Shown here: positions 38,971 to 42,308 of the stretch, one piece after another
How the letters are laid out: each line of letters starts with the position of its first letter
Numbering within the stretch: position 1 is the stretch's first letter
Origin: Promethearchaeota archaeon
GTDB lineage: Archaea; Asgardarchaeota; Lokiarchaeia; Sigyniarchaeales; SOKP01
Assembly (NCBI GenBank): GCA_019057865.1
Contig: JAHLWP010000036.1
Location: 1-42,308, forward strand
Length of the DNA: 42,308 bases
Direction of reading: 5' to 3'
Program-made: the position numbers and the translations under genes
Notes under the pieces: generated by a model
What the model was told of the DNA's origin: nothing
The model's database searches: none
The model's input: the letters and a program-made list of their open reading frames with translations, nothing else

Positions 38971-39058
38971 GCTAAAATATTATACTAAATTCTTTAATCT
39001 TAATACTTTATAAAATCAAGTTAAAATTAAAAATTTTATTATTTTATGAAAAAAAAAA

Positions 39059-39331
39059 ATGGGCTATAGCAAAGAGTTTAAACAAGTTTTACTAAATGAT
39101 CCACATTGTATTTTAGGCAAAAAAGGTATTACAGACGAGTTTGTCGATTATTTAAATAAATTATTAAGAAGAAATAAAATAATTAAAATCAAGACATTAA
39201 GTTCCATTGCCAATAAATTAAATATCAAAGAATTAGCCAATAAAATTGCTGAAAAAACAAATTCTTATCTATTAGATGTACGAGGTAAAATAATCATTAT
39301 CTCAAAAACTCAAATTGATAAAAGAATATAG
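39059..39331 (+). CDS. YhbY/CRM-domain RNA-binding protein
   Basis: ILGKKGIT (GxxG), KIIKIK, DVRGKIIII. Confidence 0.85.
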   Translation: MGYSKEFKQVLLNDPHCILGKKGITDEFVDYLNKLLRRNKIIKIKTLSSIANKLNIKELANKIAEKTNSYLLDVRGKIIIISKTQIDKRI

Positions 39332-39346
39332 ATACTCAACATAAAA

Positions 39347-39694
39347 ATGCCCAATTATAAAAATATTGTTAAACAAATTGCTAAAACTCGGATAATATTT
39401 TTGTTCGAAAGAGCTCATAATATTTTTCCTGAGAACAGAGATTTAGCAAATCGATATGTTTACTTAGCTAGAAAGTATGCTGCTAGAGCTAAACTGAAAA
39501 TTCCAACAAAATGGAAACAACGAGTCTGCCATAAATGCAAAATTTTTTTGTATCCAGGAATTAATTGTAGAACAAGATTACAATCAAGAAAAGGAAAGGG
39601 TTCCCATGTTTCTTTAACTTGTTTTGAATGTAATAAAACTTCTACCAGATACTTCATCAAATTAAAAAAACCATCTAATAATAATAATAATTAA
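39347..39694 (+). CDS. rnp4: ribonuclease P protein component 4 (Rpp21)
   Basis: IAKTRIIFLF, LANRYVYLA, CHKC...PG...CFEC. Confidence 0.92.
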   Translation: MPNYKNIVKQIAKTRIIFLFERAHNIFPENRDLANRYVYLARKYAARAKLKIPTKWKQRVCHKCKIFLYPGINCRTRLQSRKGKGSHVSLTCFECNKTSTRYFIKLKKPSNNNNN

Positions 39695-39722
39695 AACAAA
39701 AAGAAATTAATTCGAATAATAC

Positions 39723-40397
39723 ATGCCGTTAATAGTTATTTTCGTTGAATGTGGAATAGAGCTTATCCCAAAACAAATTAGAAAACATTCTGCTATCCAG
39801 AAGAATCTGTCTCCTCAAATTTATGCTACACAACTTTTAGATAATGCCCTTCATCATACTGCTATGATTAATTTACAAAACTCAGAAAAGAGAGGTCGTC
39901 CTGACATATCTCATTTATGTTTACTTAATGCCTTAGGTTCACCACTAAATAAAAGTGGAAATTTAAAGATTTATCTACATACAATTAACAATAAAATATT
40001 TGAATTTAATCCAAAGATTAGAATTGCGAGAAACTTTAACCGATTTAAAGGATTAATGGCTAAGTTATTAATAGATGGAAGTATAGAAACAGGATCTTCC
40101 AAATTAATTGTTCCATTTAACGGAGGTTTAAAGGAACTTATTAATAAGTTTAAAAATAAGGAAACTTATTTATTTTCGATTAACGGTAAGCTAATAAATA
40201 ACTTTAAAGATTTATTTTCAGAGGATCTAACAAAAAATTATATTGCTATTGTTGGGGGATTCCAAAAAAGTAGTTTCTCAAAAGAAATTATGGGTTTATT
40301 TGAAAATTTAATTTCTATTTCCCAATACCCTCTGGATGCATGGGTTGTTGTTAATAAAATTATCACCTACTATGAATTAAATTATAATATTCACTAA
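39723..40397 (+). CDS. nep1: 16S rRNA pseudouridine N1-methyltransferase Nep1/Emg1
   Basis: LLDNALHH, RGRPDISHLCLL...SPLN, RNFNRFKGLM, VGGF. Confidence 0.92.
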   Translation: MPLIVIFVECGIELIPKQIRKHSAIQKNLSPQIYATQLLDNALHHTAMINLQNSEKRGRPDISHLCLLNALGSPLNKSGNLKIYLHTINNKIFEFNPKIRIARNFNRFKGLMAKLLIDGSIETGSSKLIVPFNGGLKELINKFKNKETYLFSINGKLINNFKDLFSEDLTKNYIAIVGGFQKSSFSKEIMGLFENLISISQYPLDAWVVVNKIITYYELNYNIH

Positions 40398-40452
40398 ACC
40401 GCTAAAGTTAAAAGATATGGAAAATTTGTGATCTTACACGAATTCTTTTTAA

Positions 40453-40524
40453 GCGCGATTAGTCTAGGGGTTATGATCTCGGCCTTCCAAGCCGATGACC
40501 CGGGTTCAATTCCCGGATCGCGCA
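40453..40524 (+). tRNA. tRNA-Gly (TCC), intronless, CCA not encoded
   Basis: Acceptor GCGCGAT/ATCGCGC+A, anticodon arm TCGGC-CTTCCAA-GCCGA, T arm CCGGG-TTCAATT-CCCGG. Confidence 0.97.
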
Positions 40525-40665
40525 TTTTCCTTATTTTATATTCTTATTTTGATAATAAAATCAAATATAATATTCGTGAAACAATGGTTTCATACTCGAA
40601 AAAGTATAAAGCTTATATATAACTTACACTATTTGTAAATTATAAAAAAAATTTAATAAAAAAAG

Positions 40666-41178
40666 GTGATAGAGAAAATGGAAAATAAAGAAAAAAGGGA
40701 TAAGGTTGTTCATATTGCTTTTTCTGAAAGTGAGCTTACTAATATTGATAAGTATCGTAAAGAATCTAATTCTACTCGTTCAAACTTTATTCGAAATGCT
40801 ATTTATGAGAAGATTCGGAGAATAGATAATCCAAATATTTTTAATAATATTGGATTAGGTCCTATTAATCAAGAATTACTCGAAAAATTAATCAATAATC
40901 AGGAGAAACAAGAGAAGTTAAATAAAATTATAGAAGAAAAGTTAAAGGTTATCGATCAAATTTATGAAAATTTGAGTATCTTAGAAAAGGAAAAGGAGAA
41001 TGGAGAACTTGCTACAAATGAACAAATAGTTATTGAATTATTGAAAGAGCATAAACATTTAAAACCCATGAAGCTAATGAAATTATCTAGATTACCAAGC
41101 TATAGAATTTATGATGTAATTTCCAATTCTAAATTATTTAAAATTAATGTTAATGGAGAGGTAGAGTTAATTGACTAA
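40666..41178 (+). CDS. ribbon-helix-helix (CopG-like) protein with coiled coil and possible C-terminal HTH
   Basis: VVHIAFSESELTNIDKYRKESNSTRSNFIRNAIYEKI; overlaps the integrase start. Confidence 0.75.
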   Translation: MIEKMENKEKRDKVVHIAFSESELTNIDKYRKESNSTRSNFIRNAIYEKIRRIDNPNIFNNIGLGPINQELLEKLINNQEKQEKLNKIIEEKLKVIDQIYENLSILEKEKENGELATNEQIVIELLKEHKHLKPMKLMKLSRLPSYRIYDVISNSKLFKINVNGEVELID

Positions 41179-42091
41179 TCAAATAGAGATTCCTGGTAAT
41201 AAAGAAATTATTGAAAAATACATTAATCATTGGAAATCTATTCAATCCCAAAAAATGAGAAGTTCAAGTCTAAATTATTTCTTTCAAAAATTTGCTTTTT
41301 CTGGTCATGTATTTGATATTAATACTTCAATTCTTATTGATTATCATGAATTTCTTGATAAATCTAATGAGATAAGCTTACAAACCAAAAAAAATAAATG
41401 GAATATTCTAACTTCTTTTCTAAACTTTACAATGGAATATTTTAATGCAAAAGGCTATAATTTTATTGTAGTTATTCCAAGAAAGACTATTAAATGGGGA
41501 GTAAAGCATAAAAAAGCAAAATCTAATAAGAAAGTAATTGCAACGATTTCAGAATTAGAACAAATTTTACTCTATTTTAAGGTCCATAATTTCAAGCATT
41601 ATCTAATCTTTCGATTATTTATTGACACAGGCATGAGAAAAGGAGAATTATTAGCAATTAAATTATCAGATCTTTATATTAATGAAAGATATATTAATGG
41701 CCTTGGAAAAACAGGAGAGAAAATTTACTTTTTTTCAAAAGAACTTAAAACTTTTTTAACTCTTTATGTCAATGAAAGAAAAGAATTGAATGTAAATTAT
41801 GAAGAATTGTTTCTAACTCATAGCTTTAAACCTTATGGAACTAGGGTATTTAATCTACTTCTTAATGATTGTCGTAAAAGCTTAGGGATTACCAAAAATA
41901 TTACTTCTCATACTTTCAGACGAACAATTAATACTTATCGAAAAAGAATGGATTGTTCACTTGAAGATCGTAAACAGCTTTTAGGTCATAAACTAAAAGA
42001 TGTAAATGTTGAATCTTATACATTCTTAGATATTCAAGAGCATAGAAATCTCTATGATAAGTTTAATCCTTATAAAAAAGCTAATTTCTAA
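41171..42091 (+). CDS. tyrosine recombinase/integrase
   Basis: Complete catalytic set: TGMRKGE (R), GKT (K), HTFRR (HxxR), LLGH (H), ESY (Y). Confidence 0.93.
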   Translation: MTNQIEIPGNKEIIEKYINHWKSIQSQKMRSSSLNYFFQKFAFSGHVFDINTSILIDYHEFLDKSNEISLQTKKNKWNILTSFLNFTMEYFNAKGYNFIVVIPRKTIKWGVKHKKAKSNKKVIATISELEQILLYFKVHNFKHYLIFRLFIDTGMRKGELLAIKLSDLYINERYINGLGKTGEKIYFFSKELKTFLTLYVNERKELNVNYEELFLTHSFKPYGTRVFNLLLNDCRKSLGITKNITSHTFRRTINTYRKRMDCSLEDRKQLLGHKLKDVNVESYTFLDIQEHRNLYDKFNPYKKANF

Positions 42092-42308
42092 TTTTTTTAT
42101 TTTATATTAATTTTATAGGGTTCTCTATAGATGTATTAATTTTGTCGAATATTTAACAGTTTACTAAATCAGAAAACCCACACTAAGTATTTATATTACT
42201 GAGAGAGGGAGAGAGAACATTAAAAGTAAAAGTAAAGCTTAAGATTCTGTCGGTTTAATTACTTTTGATTCTCTTTTTTTCGCTTTTTCTACAAAAATTA
42301 ATTAAAAT

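Larger units (their letters stand above)
40525..42308. mobile_element. probable left end of an integrated element at tRNA-Gly
   Basis: Integrase plus RHH regulator start about 140 nt after the tRNA 3' end; the second att site is not in the window. Confidence 0.55.

Noticed and set aside
40453-40524. Intron in tRNA-Gly
   Set aside because: The 72-nt cloverleaf is complete with a normal 7-nt anticodon loop.
40428-40622. 64-aa ORF
   Set aside because: It overlaps the tRNA-Gly gene and is spurious.

Overview
Low-GC (roughly 25-30% by eye) archaeal chromosomal window, most likely Asgard archaea (Lokiarchaeia-like). This is inferred from eS26, tandem roadblock/LC7-type genes, a CODH/ACS gamma subunit, a surface protein ending in IPG-TM-basic residues, and eL31 with an acidic extension. 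The window carries metabolic genes (cdhE/acsC, ADP-forming acyl-CoA ligase alpha, mobB, ahcY, cbiMNQO-type ECF transporter) and RNA modification/processing genes (trmY, arcS, raSEA, gar1, rpp21, yhbY, nep1). It also has tfb, dnaG, the conserved rps19e-PDCD5-rpl39e-rpl31e-eIF6-rplX-pfdA-ftsY-secE block, tRNA-Gly(TCC), and the edge of a probable integrated element (RHH protein plus tyrosine integrase). The main discovery is a 40-nt insertion (33012-33051) that splits dnaG inside the conserved GAIFGQ|TEGLL motif. Its ends fold into a bulge-helix-bulge-type splicing motif whose predicted cut sites exactly restore the frame, making it a candidate endonuclease-spliced mRNA intron outside cbf5. Other highlights are ATT/ATA initiation codons on conserved genes (cbiM, rps26e, probably cbiO, tfb, dnaG), an unannotated ~200-nt structured C/D-box-like RNA, and a diverged partial copy of cdhE with an open frame.
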